The position numbers and the translations under genes are program-made. Positions 1 through 12,220 of a DNA stretch of 64,000 nucleotides are shown here, piece by piece (the first letter of the stretch is position 1; each line of letters begins with the position of its first letter). The notes under the pieces were generated by a model. It was not told the DNA's origin, did no database searches, and saw only the letters and a program-made list of their open reading frames with translations. Location of the stretch: NCBI GenBank assembly GCA_964016885.1, contig OZ024745.1:26660001-26724000 (forward strand), written 5' to 3'. This DNA is from Eledone cirrhosa (Eukaryota).

Positions 1-39
1 GAAATGATATTCACTACATATATATACACCTACATATAT

Positions 40-83
<44 letters not shown>

Positions 84-201
84 TTTTTCTGTGTTGCACC
101 ATAGAGCATGTGTGTTTACGTATGTCATTGTGTTTATATGTGGGTGGAGATGTGTGCTGATGTAGGTATGTATGATAACGTGTGTATGTTGTGGGTTCGT
201 C

Positions 202-2529
202 TTAGGGAGGAGTGTTTAGACGGGGTCCGTATTTGTTAATGAAGTAAGATTCCTTGCTGATGCGCTGGGTGTGGGTGGCATTATCTTTAAATTTGTAGAG
301 GGGAAAGATTCTGAAGTTGGGATGATTTGGGACGGCACAGGTATCAATGTGTTCACTCAGTGGTATTTTCCTGTATTCCCGTATTTTAATTTGGGATCTA
401 TGGACAGTCATGCGTTGGCGGAGGCTGTTTTTGGTCTGGCCTATGTATTGTTCTCGACAACCTGAGCAAGTTAATACATATATTAGATTTTCCGATGCAC
501 ATGTGAAATTGTGTTTTACTATAAAACGTTGTCCATCTTTGAAATAGAATTCTGAACCCTCTATTAGGTTGATGCAAATGCCACAGTTGGGTCTATCGCA
601 TTTTTTTACTGTGGGTTTCGTTGTTGTGGTTGGCAGTACTTTGGCATGTGTTAGGATGTTTTTCATTGACTTGGATTGTCTTTTGCTCTTTATGATATCG
701 TGTGTTCGTAGAATTTGGTTCATTCTATGGTCCTTTTTCAACACAGGGATGTTCTGGAGGATGGTGTCAAAGGCCTCATTGTTGAAAGGGTTGTGTGTGG
801 AGATGTATGGAAGAGCTTTTAGTTTCGGTTGATTTACTTTAGGGGATCTAAGGTCCTGGGTACTGAGTTTTAGGGAACGTTGGATTCCATTGTCAATTAG
901 TGATGCAGGGTAGTCCCTGCCTATGAGTGTGTCCTTTAGTTCTTGTAGCTGTAAGTAGTAGATGTTTTTATTGGAGACTATAGTACAGATTCTCTTGGCT
1001 AAGTTGTAGGGAATATTAATTTTAACGTGTCTAGGGTGGCAAGAGTTGAAGGAGAGATATTGCTTGGAGTCTGTGGGCTTGTAGTATATGTCTGTTTCTA
1101 TTTTTTTGTTATGGATCTTAATGAGGATGTCGAGGAAGGGGAGTTGTTGATGGCTGTATTCCATCGTGAAGTTAATATTCGTGTTGAGCCCATTTATAAG
1201 GGTGTGAAATTCTTTAAGTTTTTCGATGTTTTCGTGCCAAAGGATGAAGCAGTCATCTAGATATCGCTTCCAGTTCCTTTCAATGTGTAAGTGGAGGGTG
1301 TTTCCAAATTTGTTTAGGACTTTAGTGTAGAGGGTGATTTCCAGGTATCCCATGACTAGGTTGGCATAAGTGGGGGCTGTTTTCGTTCCCATAGCGGTCC
1401 CAGATTTCTGCCTGTAGGGTTTGTTATTGAAAACGAAGTAATTGTTCTCCAAGATAAATTTGAGTCCCTCTATCACGAATTCTTTTTTGATGCGTTGTGG
1501 GAGTTCATTGTGGAAATTATCCAGCCAGAATTGGATAGCTTCTATTCCTAGGTTGTGGGGGATGTTGGAGTATAGGTTGACTACATCGAACGTCACTAGT
1601 AGGGTTTGTTCAGAAAGTGGCATATTAGGGAGGTGATTGAGCATATCTAGGTCGTCCCTTATATAGCTTTTGATGTGTTTGAGGAAGGGTTTAAGAAGGG
1701 TATCAATGAAGTTGCTAAGACGGTGCGTTTCGCAAGCGGGGCCTGCTATTATAGGTCTTAATTTGAGATCATTGGGTGAGGGGACATTGATGACTATGTC
1801 TGTGGCTTCCTTGCATGCCTTACTTATTGATTCGCTTTTATGTACTTTAGGGATACCGTAGAAGAGGCTGAATTTACTTGTGAAGTCTGTGATGAAGCTG
1901 AATTCCTTGTTAGTGAGTCCTTCTTTGTATTGGTTGATTAGAGTTTTTAGGTTTCTCATAATTTTCTGTTGATTGTAGTGTTCAGCCTTTTCGTAGTATG
2001 TTTCGTTTTCCAAAGTGGAGAGCGCTAAGTTGATATAGAATTCTGTCTCCATTAGTACTACTGTACTCCCTTTATCAGCCTCTTTAATTGTAATGGTTCT
2101 GTCGGTTTTTAATCTATTTAATTCTTCCCATTCTTTCTTGTTGAGGTTTGGCTTGTGTTTTTGTCTGTGCAAGTGTTGGTAAGGGAAGTTTGTGATGTGT
2201 TCACAGAATTCGTCCAGGATTTTATTTCTACCTTTTGAAGGGGTGTAATTGCTTCTATTTCTGGCTAATGATTCATCCTCATTGTACTGGTTGAATAGTT
2301 GTTCACTAAGTCGTAACTTTCTACAGAAGTCTGTGATGTCTTCCTTCATTTCATAGTAGTTAGGACGTAGTGGGGTCGGTGTGAATTTAAGACCTTTGGA
2401 GAGTAAGTTGATAAGGTTGGGTGTTGGTTCTTCACTAGTAAGATTGATAATTTTTATTACTATCGGTTTCTCCTCCCTGTCTTGTGTTATTTTGTTTGCT
2501 TGTATCTGTGTGCTGTGTCTAAAAAATGG
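202..2529 (-). CDS. PLE reverse transcriptase-GIY-YIG endonuclease polyprotein (frame open 2529->202, 775 codons; first ATG at 2349)
   Basis: Motifs: N-terminal INL..LLSKGLKFTPT (upstream of the first ATG, in frame), IKEADKG, FYGIPKVHK, LRPII, FDVVNLYSNIP, GTAMG, WKRYLDD, LPFLD, YYKPT, SCHP. These are followed by a C-x4-C-x2-C linker and GIY-YIG-like NLIY..CSGC..YIGQT..LRQR..H..H..E..LN. Confidence 0.93.
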   Translation of the reverse strand, partial: PFFRHSTQIQANKITQDREEKPIVIKIINLTSEEPTPNLINLLSKGLKFTPTPLRPNYYEMKEDITDFCRKLRLSEQLFNQYNEDESLARNRSNYTPSKGRNKILDEFCEHITNFPYQHLHRQKHKPNLNKKEWEELNRLKTDRTITIKEADKGSTVVLMETEFYINLALSTLENETYYEKAEHYNQQKIMRNLKTLINQYKEGLTNKEFSFITDFTSKFSLFYGIPKVHKSESISKACKEATDIVINVPSPNDLKLRPIIAGPACETHRLSNFIDTLLKPFLKHIKSYIRDDLDMLNHLPNMPLSEQTLLVTFDVVNLYSNIPHNLGIEAIQFWLDNFHNELPQRIKKEFVIEGLKFILENNYFVFNNKPYRQKSGTAMGTKTAPTYANLVMGYLEITLYTKVLNKFGNTLHLHIERNWKRYLDDCFILWHENIEKLKEFHTLINGLNTNINFTMEYSHQQLPFLDILIKIHNKKIETDIYYKPTDSKQYLSFNSCHPRHVKINIPYNLAKRICTIVSNKNIYYLQLQELKDTLIGRDYPASLIDNGIQRSLKLSTQDLRSPKVNQPKLKALPYISTHNPFNNEAFDTILQNIPVLKKDHRMNQILRTHDIIKSKRQSKSMKNILTHAKVLPTTTTKPTVKKCDRPNCGICINLIEGSEFYFKDGQRFIVKHNFTCASENLIYVLTCSGCREQYIGQTKNSLRQRMTVHRSQIKIREYRKIPLSEHIDTCAVPNHPNFRIFPLYKFKDNATHTQRISKESYFINKYGPRLNTPP

Positions 2530-3085
2530 TTAGGGTAGAGGGGTTGTCTGCTGATGTTAAGTGGTCTCCTGTGTTTGTTATATTCCTTGTTGTTGTAAAA
2601 TGTGGTTCGGGTTGGTGGTTGTAGATTGAATGGGGTGTTCCTGTACTGCGAGTATGGGTGTGTGTTTCTATGTGCCATGTTGTATTGTGGTGTTATAAGT
2701 GGCCTACGTTGTTGGTTGTATCGTGTGGTGTGGGTTTGTTGTGTATTGTGGAAGCGAGAGTTGAGAAAATGGTAATTACCTTGCTGTCCCCTTGAAGCGG
2801 GGAAGTTGTTACATCTATCATGGCAGTGGTATCTTTTACCTATGTTTGACGATGAGGCATCCACGTAGTAGTTGAGTGATTTGGTATGGTGTCCCCTTGA
2901 AGCGGGGAAGTTGTTACATCTATCATGGCAGTGGTATCTTTTACCTATGTTTGACGATGAGGCATCCGCGTAGTAGTTGAGTGATTTGGTATGGTGTCTC
3001 CTTGAAGGGGAAAGTTGTAAATGTCATTCTGGGGGAGATGATTTCTTGGGTTTTTGTTCCTTCTTATGGTAGCGAGGTTGGGAAA
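2487..3085 (-). pseudogene. Upstream ORF/N-terminal region of the PLE (Asn/Gln/His/Arg-rich), 5'-truncated, contains an in-frame 105-bp duplication
   Basis: Frame is open ~3022->2487 and overlaps the RT frame by ~40 nt at T-TTT-TTA. One 1-nt slip near 3005 joins it to the 2945..3166 frame. Confidence 0.5.
2786..3020. repeat. 105-bp tandem duplication (~2.2 units) inside the PLE
   Basis: gtcccc/tttgaagcggggaagttgt-type unit starts at 2786, 2891 and 2996. The period is a multiple of 3. Confidence 0.9.
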
Positions 3086-3500
3086 TATATATATATATAG
3101 ATAGAGAGAGAGACTGAGAGAGTGGGATTTACAATGGAAGTCTTTAATGTTTACTCTATATCCCACCTAGATAACTTATAGGGTTTCCCAATAATACACT
3201 TAAACTTTTTCATATAAGATTCTCTCTGTAGTTTCATTAAATAAATCCCGCAACACAAACCTTTAATTTTCTATTAATTTTCTAAATATTTTTAAAATTT
3301 CTTTTAACTCTTAATTTTTTAAACTTTTAATTTAATTTCATCCTTTAACTCTTAACATAAGTTAACGTTCCAATTTCTGTTCACACATTTGACCATACAG
3401 ACACCTATTATATGTGCCTTTGTTAAAGTATAGGTTCTTTGGAATAACATTTTTCGCGGCGTTTTCTTGCCTGACTGTAGTGTGACCCTTACGCTGACTT

Positions 3501-3504
3501 TTCT

Positions 3505-3593
<89 letters not shown>

Positions 3594-3595
3594 TC
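3501..3595. repeat. (TTTC)n microsatellite
   Basis: Direct reading. Confidence 0.97.
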
Positions 3596-3789
3596 TTTTT
3601 TTATTCTCTGACGGAGAGGTGGTAGTACACTATAAGCCTTCGCCCCTTCACCAGATGGTCATTAGTAGACCGAATAGCCATCACTTGAGGGCGACTGGCC
3701 GAGGTGACAACAGCTAGTTGGTCAGATGTCCTCTCTGTCACTGATTTTCGGACCCATGGATTTTTATATATTCCTTTGTTATATTTTGA

Positions 3790-3847
3790 ATACCTGATGA
3801 TGTCACCGGATTCATACGGAACCCCGTCATTGAAGTGATCATGGTAT
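3790..3847 (+). ncRNA. Degenerate hammerhead-like motif (same family as 22293-22366)
   Basis: atac-CTGATGA-tgtcac..cgtcatt-GAAG-TGATCA-TG-gtat. Stem I is atac/gtat and stem III is palindromic. GAAG and TG deviate from the consensus. Confidence 0.45.
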
Positions 3848-4046
3848 AATAAACTTTTCAAGGATTTACACCAGTCCAGCCTCCTCTTATTTTATTCATA
3901 ATAATTAACTCCGTACTCGCACCACCAACTACACAAATGAAGGCGGGTGAGCTGCACTACGTTGAGTACTCTCCATAATATTACATCGAGGTTGACCATA
4001 CGGAATGACCAATTCTATCCGGTGGTGAACCAACAAACCTAAATAA

Positions 4047-4202
<156 letters not shown>

Positions 4203-4568
4203 AAATATGGAGAAGAATACTGCATGGTTGCACATGGATAACATGTTATTAAATGAGTCCCTCATCAGTGATTTACCAACGGTCAGAGGTATTTCATTGT
4301 ATTAAAAATCATATACCTCACGTTGGCGCAATAATAACTAAAATAAGTTATTAGGACAATTAAAACGCGTAAAGCGAGTGAGACAAGTAAACAACACAGA
4401 GGAAAGCTAACCGATATAATATGGAAAACGAAGAATCAGTGATGCATCGGAACACAATTTATTACACATTACAGTTGTTTCTCCGGCGAACAGCTCGAGG
4501 TGCGATCTGTTTGTGGATCGAACCTGGATTTCGAAGCAAATCCTCTTTCTGATGGACTCCGGCCCTTA

Positions 4569-4626
<58 letters not shown>

Positions 4627-4629
<3 letters not shown>

Positions 4630-4952
4630 GATAAATCTACCAAAAGTTTACGGTAGTGTCCAATCCGTATGAAGAACTCAATGTAATCCGGATATCATCA
4701 AAAGAGAATATGCATTCAAAAACTACTTTCGGTGAAAAATAAACGGAAAACAGAGTCAAGATAAATTAATAAAATAATGAATAAACAAAGAAACAGTTCC
4801 TTATATTAAAAAAATTCATCATTTTACGATCGTTCCTAGGATATATATGTGTTAGAGTTGGTATGCATATTCTATAGATCTATGTACAATATTTATACAA
4901 ACTATCAGAGGGAATATACATACCTACACATATATATGCTGTCTTCAGAAAT
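4627..4952 (-). mobile_element. ~330-bp non-autonomous repeat (family B) carrying a long-stem-II hammerhead-like fold
   Basis: Colinear with 43092-43441 (gtagataaatctacc...gtcttcagaaata) and flanked by (TA)n. The GAAA core is mutated to GGAA in this copy. Confidence 0.75.
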
Positions 4953-5060
4953 ATATATATATATATATATATATAAGTTTTGTGCATCTATATTCTTCGA
5001 AAAAATATTATAACCAAGATTAAAAACAATATATGCATATATAATATATATATATATATA

Positions 5061-5200
5061 GTAGGAGAACCGTCTTGAGGTTTTGGACGCTAGTCCTTCA
5101 TCAGAAAATAGAATGAGAAATTAAAGAAGAAATAGAACGGAAGAGGAGTGTGAGCAGTGGCAAAAAGGTAAAAAAAGGTTTCTGGGAACAATCTCAAGAA
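5061..5200 (-). mobile_element. Family A short repeat with a minimal hammerhead core (CTGATGA-A-GGAC-tagc-GTCC-aAAA)
   Basis: The minus strand reads tttctcattctattttCTGATGAaggactagcgtccaaaacctcaaga, homologous to the copies at 9.8, 20.5 and 39.5 kb. Confidence 0.6.
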
Positions 5201-5487
5201 TGTCATCCAAAAAATATATATATTGTCTTTAATCTTGGTCATAATATTTGATTCGAAGAATATAGATGCACATAACTTATTAATCGGGAAGTAATCAAAA
5301 ACTGAATGTTAACGATTCTGATCTAAATTTCCATTCACTAGGCCACCTGGTATCGATACAAAAATAGCAGAATAAAAGGATTTGAACTAATGCGTGTGTG
5401 TTTCTTTCGGGACATAAGTTAGCCACACTGATCTCCCTAACTTGGTCTTGAATGATTTACTTTATACCGAGCGATCATGGGTTGAAA

Positions 5488-5519
<32 letters not shown>

Positions 5520-7076
5520 AAGTAGGTGGATAGATAAGTAAATCGACAGAAAAACAACGAGGGAAATAGTTTGGATAAAGGACAGGCAATTAAACAGAGT
5601 GAAAGGTTAAAGCACACCTAACAAAATATTTGAAAAGAAGAATACACGTAGTGGACAAAATATATGCATAAAATCGTAAAGCGTGGGTACAATAAAAAAT
5701 AGATCAATAAAAATAGATTTAATTTTTGGATAAAACCTTCCATCGAAGTAGAACAAAACAAAAAGAAAGGAATAAATTGAAAGAATAAATGTGAGAACGA
5801 CACTATGAGAGCGTTTTAGGGTACAACATAACTTATTTTCACCAGAAGGATCACACTGAGGGAAAAATCGAACATAGACTTAACACATCAAAAGGAAACA
5901 AAATAAATATAACTCAACATGACAAAAACAAAGGAGCCCTATGTTTGTTTTCTTTTTCCTTATCCACAATTCCAGATAGCGTTACAGACTGGAGTCTACT
6001 TCGATTTATAAGGAATATGTTCGCAGAATAGTATTCTAATGATATTTTATATTCTTTTAATACTGCGATGGTAGTGGAGGTGGTGGAGGTTGTGGTTATT
6101 GTGGAGATGTAGGAGGTGGGGATGTTTTGGCAGTTTTGTTTTTAAAATGTTTCTTAGTAACTTTGAAAAAGTAAAGGCAATAATGAACGACTTATATAAA
6201 TGTTATATCCAACCGACAGATACATATATAATCTCACAAGATGATAAATCGGTTAAGCTGCAGCAATAACTATATCATCACGTAGTTTTACCAAAATCAT
6301 GGCTGTTTTATGTATTCTTCATTTCACAAACTCCTGAAACATTTAACACATCGATGTTGAAATTGGCTACAACCGGCTAAAAGGCTGCTGTTTAGAAGCA
6401 TTTTTGTTCATTTCACGCTTGAGACGAAATCAACGAGTGATTATAATCAGCCTTCCACTATATCACTAAAATTCTATACATACGTATATGTATATATTCG
6501 TATGTTTACTTTTGTGCTAGTGTCAGTGTGATTCTTCCGTATAGACATTTTTTTTTTCTTCGCCCACCTTTTCCAGAGAAAGTCGAGGGAGCAGAATATT
6601 CAGTCACTCAGCCCAGGGGGCGCCCTATTAGAAAGAACCATCTGATAAGTATACAGGCTTGATCCCCAGACGAAACCATCCGATATTACGGATGATATCC
6701 CACCATCTTGCTCGAGTGTTTCCTGCCAGTTGGTGTTTCCCGTAAAATCTGTCCTGCGATCCTTTCGTTGGACATTGTAGCTACATGTCTATATTATCAG
6801 AGTTGTGATCTTTTGATTTGGAGAAGTAGCGGCTCTACCTGGAGCGACTCCTTGATCACCGATCTACGCATTCTATCGAGTAACATTATTCCAGACACCC
6901 TTCTGGGAAACCCCATATCGACATCTTGATTTCACGATCGTAGTCTTTCGTGATGGGAAGATGAATTTGTTTATTTTATTATGGGGGGATTCACTAAGTG
7001 AAAGCGCTTCTATCTTGAAACAGAAACAACGCAAATCACATCAGTTTATTTATCTCTCTCTCTCTCACTCTCTCTC

Positions 7077-7282
<206 letters not shown>

Positions 7283-8221
7283 AATTATCGCGCTGGGTGA
7301 TTTGAAGTTTAATAGCTTAGAAATTTGTGTAAATTATTCTCAAATGCGGCAGAAAGTAGAATTAAACTCCTTATCTCTCTAGTACCACCAGGTGCTGCTA
7401 GCCACTTTCTTCAATCTTTTGGGGTATTTTACCCAAATTACGACGAATACAGCTATTTTCTGCGTTTGGGATTCCCTAATTTTCAAATATATAATACCTT
7501 CCATGCAAAAGCCGTATCTCAAATATGATCAAGAAAATATCTCAATATTTCACTGGCATATTGATAACATTATTATGTGAAACGTACCAGTAATTGCTGG
7601 CCTTGTGCCAAAAGTAGAAACAATTATTATGTGAAACATATGTATTTTCCTGTTTGGTAATTCAATGCTTTTTGCTTGTACTAGAGTTCACCAACAATAA
7701 GTGCAATCTAAAATAGTAGACAGACGCTTGTATTTCCTGGCTAACATGGGCCTACTTGAACCCGATTCTTGATAGTAAATATTAATTTTGTATAATTTCC
7801 GTTGATCCATCTATATTAACGGATTGAATATTAAATTCATGATATAATATGTTATCAAATTATTAACAATAACACCAAAATTTAATTAATGTTGTTTTCC
7901 TGTTTTGTAAATCCTCCATTCGCTAAATCACTAGACAAAATGTCTCACAGTACATGTAGCAACTGTGGTCTGTGGTCAAATACAAACGAGGACAATACTG
8001 TATTGCATTGTTGTGAAGTTTATCAAGTTGATGAATAAAATCTCATTTGATAGTGAAGAACTTGTGATATTTGTTACTGTATATTTAGTTCAAATCCGGT
8101 CCTAACATGCCAACAGTCCTGGAAGAAATTGGATCCTCACATAGTACATAGCCATAATTAACAATGAATAACACTAGAATGACCTATAGTAGTCAACATG
8201 TTGAGAGTAGACCATATCTAA

Positions 8222-8408
8222 TAATTGTTTCTACTTTTCGAACAAGGCCAGTAATTACCCAGTGCATTACTGGTAGTTTATTTTATCGACTCCGTAAGGA
8301 CGAAAGGCAAAGCTAACCTCAGCGGGATTTGAAGTCAGAATGGCAAGAGCCGTAACTCTATGCGTCAAAGCACGGCGTCCGACCCTCTACCGATACTGCC
8401 AATCCACC
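8222..8408 (-). mobile_element. tRNA-derived SINE (Meta/MESC-like central domain) with ~15-bp TSD accatatctaataat
   Basis: A-box-like TGGCAGTATCGGT, B-box-like, central GCCTTTCRTCCTTACGGRGTCGATAAAATAAA, and tail GGCCTTGTKCSAAAAGTAGAAAC. The TSD is present on both sides. Confidence 0.85.
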
Positions 8409-8798
8409 ATATCTAATAATGAGGATAATAATGCTGTTTCTTTAAGCAGAACAAGATTCGCACACTTCCTTTAATAAATGATCCATTTTTGTCTAAACGA
8501 TCAACTGTGTACTCCAACATAGAGATCTACTGGTGTATTCGTAGTGATAATATAGTGCACCTTAATAGTAATAACTTAATAGTAAAAACTTAATAGTCAC
8601 GCTATACAACGTTGACCAAGATACTCCCGAAAACAGGAGTGTCACGACTGGAAAGCGTTTGTTCATATGTCAGAGTTGACCTGAGGCTAAATAACAAATG
8701 TCTTCTCAAGACCACAATGGATCTTATATGGAAGCGGAAATGCGTTTACGCATGCATAAAGCAACTAGTTTGCCTTTCATATATTTATACATGCATAC

Positions 8799-8950
<152 letters not shown>

Positions 8951-9009
8951 ATGTGTATATATACCTATGTACATACAAACCCACCCATATATACATATAT
9001 ATATACATA

Positions 9010-9084
<75 letters not shown>

Positions 9085-9124
9085 GTATGTATATATGGGT
9101 GGGTTTGTATGTACATAGGTATAT

Positions 9125-9163
<39 letters not shown>

Positions 9164-9809
9164 CATATATGGGTGTGAGTGTGTGTGTGTGTGTATGTAT
9201 GTATATCATGGTTTCTTAACTAGGCAATACAATTTTGTATCAAGGTGCAGCTAGATGGAAATAGCTTGGATTACTAAATATACATCTTGTATTACATATT
9301 TATTAAATTAGCAGACAAACAAACAAAGAAGAGAAGAAAAATAAGTGTACTTTAAGAATAGCGTCTGCTATTTAAAGAATTCCTGCCTCTTTTTCTTATT
9401 TATATTTTTTTAAGAGATCAGCAATTAAAGGAAAATAGCTGTCAACGTTTAGTAGAAATAGAAGGACATTCATTGAAGCTTCTAACGTTACCCAAATTAT
9501 CCACCGAACTACAAGGATTACTTATTATCTGTTAAGAGAAAGATATTGAAGAAAGATTTAGGTTAATCGTAATATGAACACCGTAGCGGGAAGTCTGTCA
9601 AATATCAACCTATTTACACAATATACGGGTTAACAACTTTTAAACACTTAAAGTCAAGCGTGTGTTATAGGAATAAGTTTGAAAACATTCCACTGGTCTG
9701 GAGTTTCTTCTCTGAGTATAGTGGTGAAACCTCATAGTAACCAGACGCATCACTTAGTTATAATAAAGATTAATGTCGAACTGAAAATAGACGCTGTTTC
9801 TCTTAAAAT

Positions 9810-9940
9810 GTTTTTTCTTTTCCTTTCTATTCTCACTCTCCTCTATCATTCTATTTCTCATCCTATCTTCTGACAAAGGAATAACGTCCGAAATTTTAGG
9901 ACACTTTTCCTACTATATCAAGCGTTAAACTAACATGTTG
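9810..9940 (+). mobile_element. Family A short repeat, degenerate hammerhead core
   Basis: ctatttctcatcctatcttCTGACAAaggaataacgtccGAAA..ttttcctactatatcaagcgttaaact matches the 20.5 and 39.5 kb copies. Confidence 0.5.
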
Positions 9941-10105
9941 CGTCGTCAAATATGAAATTTGTAAAGATTTGTAGAAAAAAAAATTTTCTACAAATTTCAT
10001 ACTTCACGACCCAATATATAGATGTGTGTATAAGTGAGTGAGTGTGTGTGTGTCTGTGTATTTGTGTGTGTGTGTGTGTGTGTGTCTGTGTATTTGTGTG
10101 TGTGT

Positions 10106-10180
<75 letters not shown>

Positions 10181-10348
10181 TGTGTGTGTGTAAACGTGCG
10201 CGTGTGTGTGCGTGTTTAGGTGAAGATAAGTGTTTTAATATAAATGAAACAGCGAACAGAAGTGTTAAATAAATGATTCAGTGCAGTTGTGGAGTCTCGT
10301 GCGTATTATAGTTTTCTTGAAAGTAACTTGGAAATAGCGTCGATCGTC

Positions 10349-10401
<53 letters not shown>

Positions 10402-10403
10402 AA

Positions 10404-10487
<84 letters not shown>

Positions 10488-10688
10488 AAATGCATAACAC
10501 GTTATATGCATACCTGTTTTGTTACGTCCCAATGTGCACTGGAAGGAATAGACTAAACCTTGATATACTGAAATTATAGTGATTTCCAGGAGTTGAATGA
10601 GGAAAAGTTGCTTTCCGTTTTTTTTCGTAGTCTTTGTCCTGTGCATTCCCCTGTATTTTTAGATGCATACACTTTGTTCACTTCTGGA

Positions 10689-10786
<98 letters not shown>

Positions 10787-10816
10787 AACGCATATATATT
10801 TACATATATATATATA

Positions 10817-10956
10817 TAGTAATAATAATAAATGTGAAGACTAAAATCCGAAGAGGGCTCGATAAGGGTAATATATATATCAAAATATATAAAACCTTAG
10901 GATGAAAGCATCGATTCGATTCTTTGCTTAAATTTTAATCTGTTATTTTAATAAAT

Positions 10957-10958
<2 letters not shown>
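10817..10958. repeat. Short interspersed repeat family C (also ~18480-18590, ~45527-45680, ~63060-63240), often internally inverted
   Basis: Shared aagactaaaatcc(a/g)aagaggg(c/a)tcgataagg and ttaaaataacagattaaa..taagc(a/g)aagaat segments occur in different relative orientations. Confidence 0.7.
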
Positions 10959-11003
<45 letters not shown>

Positions 11004-11007
<4 letters not shown>

Positions 11008-11744
11008 AGTGTATTTGGCCTTTAACGTATGTTGTAGCTCTGGTTCATCTGAATCATTGAGCGCTTGCCACACATCTCGGAAGTTGTTTTTCGTTAATTC
11101 TTAAGCCGAAATACGATTCTCGCTAATTTATATTTGTATTAATCTCCAGAGTCTAGATATTGACCAGTTAATTTTTCTTGATTTTTTTAGTTGATTCTAT
11201 TGACTGATGAATAGCTTATGTTAACTTATAACCAATCTGTTGAGAGCTTTATTCGATTTTTGATGTTTTGCATTCTTGCAATAATACACACAACTGAATT
11301 CATTCGCCTAAAATAAGGGTTGCCTCTCTTGCCGAGCTCCACGTGGGGTCGTAACGGTCATTGCCTAAATTAGCACTCGAACTAAAACCTGTTGAAAAAG
11401 TGGCTTCCTTGTTCAATCATCTTACCAGAAGCCTAACATTATTTATGTAAGCGGACAGTACTTGATTTAGGAGTCGCAGAAACCCAAATGCTGGATTTTA
11501 CCAACCATCCAGGGGTCCAGGTAAATTTTCAATCACATATATTTTTATTTGTTTGACCCGAATTACTTGGTCGTTTTTTTGGCTGTGCGGATGTTTGTTT
11601 AACCATCGTCTCAGTGTGTTTGGCCTTTAACGTATATTGTAGCTCTGGTTCACCTGAACCATTGAGCGCTTACCACACATCTCGGAAATTGTTTTTCGTT
11701 AATTCTTAAGCCGACATACGATTCTCGCTAATTTATATTTGTAT
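11004..11744. mobile_element. 741-bp non-coding element with 136-bp terminal direct repeats, inserted in (TA)n
   Basis: 11004-11139 is nearly identical to 11609-11744 (period 605). (TA)n lies immediately on both sides. Confidence 0.85.
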
Positions 11745-11817
11745 ATATATATAGTTTTAATATGTATTGAGTACCTTACTTACTGTGGTTACCTCCGATT
11801 CAACCCGGAATAACTTA

Positions 11818-12220
<403 letters not shown>

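Larger units (their letters stand above)
85..3085 (-). mobile_element. Penelope-like retroelement (EN+ PLE, Neptune/Naiad-type architecture), 5'-truncated, between (TA)n runs
   Basis: Long RT+GIY-YIG ORF, an upstream overlapping ORF, a 3' UTR shared with the copy at ~44.5-45.4 kb, and (TA)n at both ends (40-80 and 3085-3100). Confidence 0.93.

Noticed and set aside
271-1861. Plus-strand ORFs antisense to the PLE (likewise those antisense to CR1, mariner and Tx1)
   Set aside because: Shadow ORFs of the real minus-strand coding sequences.
6638-6705. CTGATAA..GAAA-ccatccg/cggatga-TA hammerhead-like motif
   Set aside because: Core mutated and no stem I pairing; too weak to call.
8330-8408. tRNA genes at SINE heads (A/B boxes)
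   Set aside because: No full cloverleaf. Each continues into a SINE body and tail, with TSDs.
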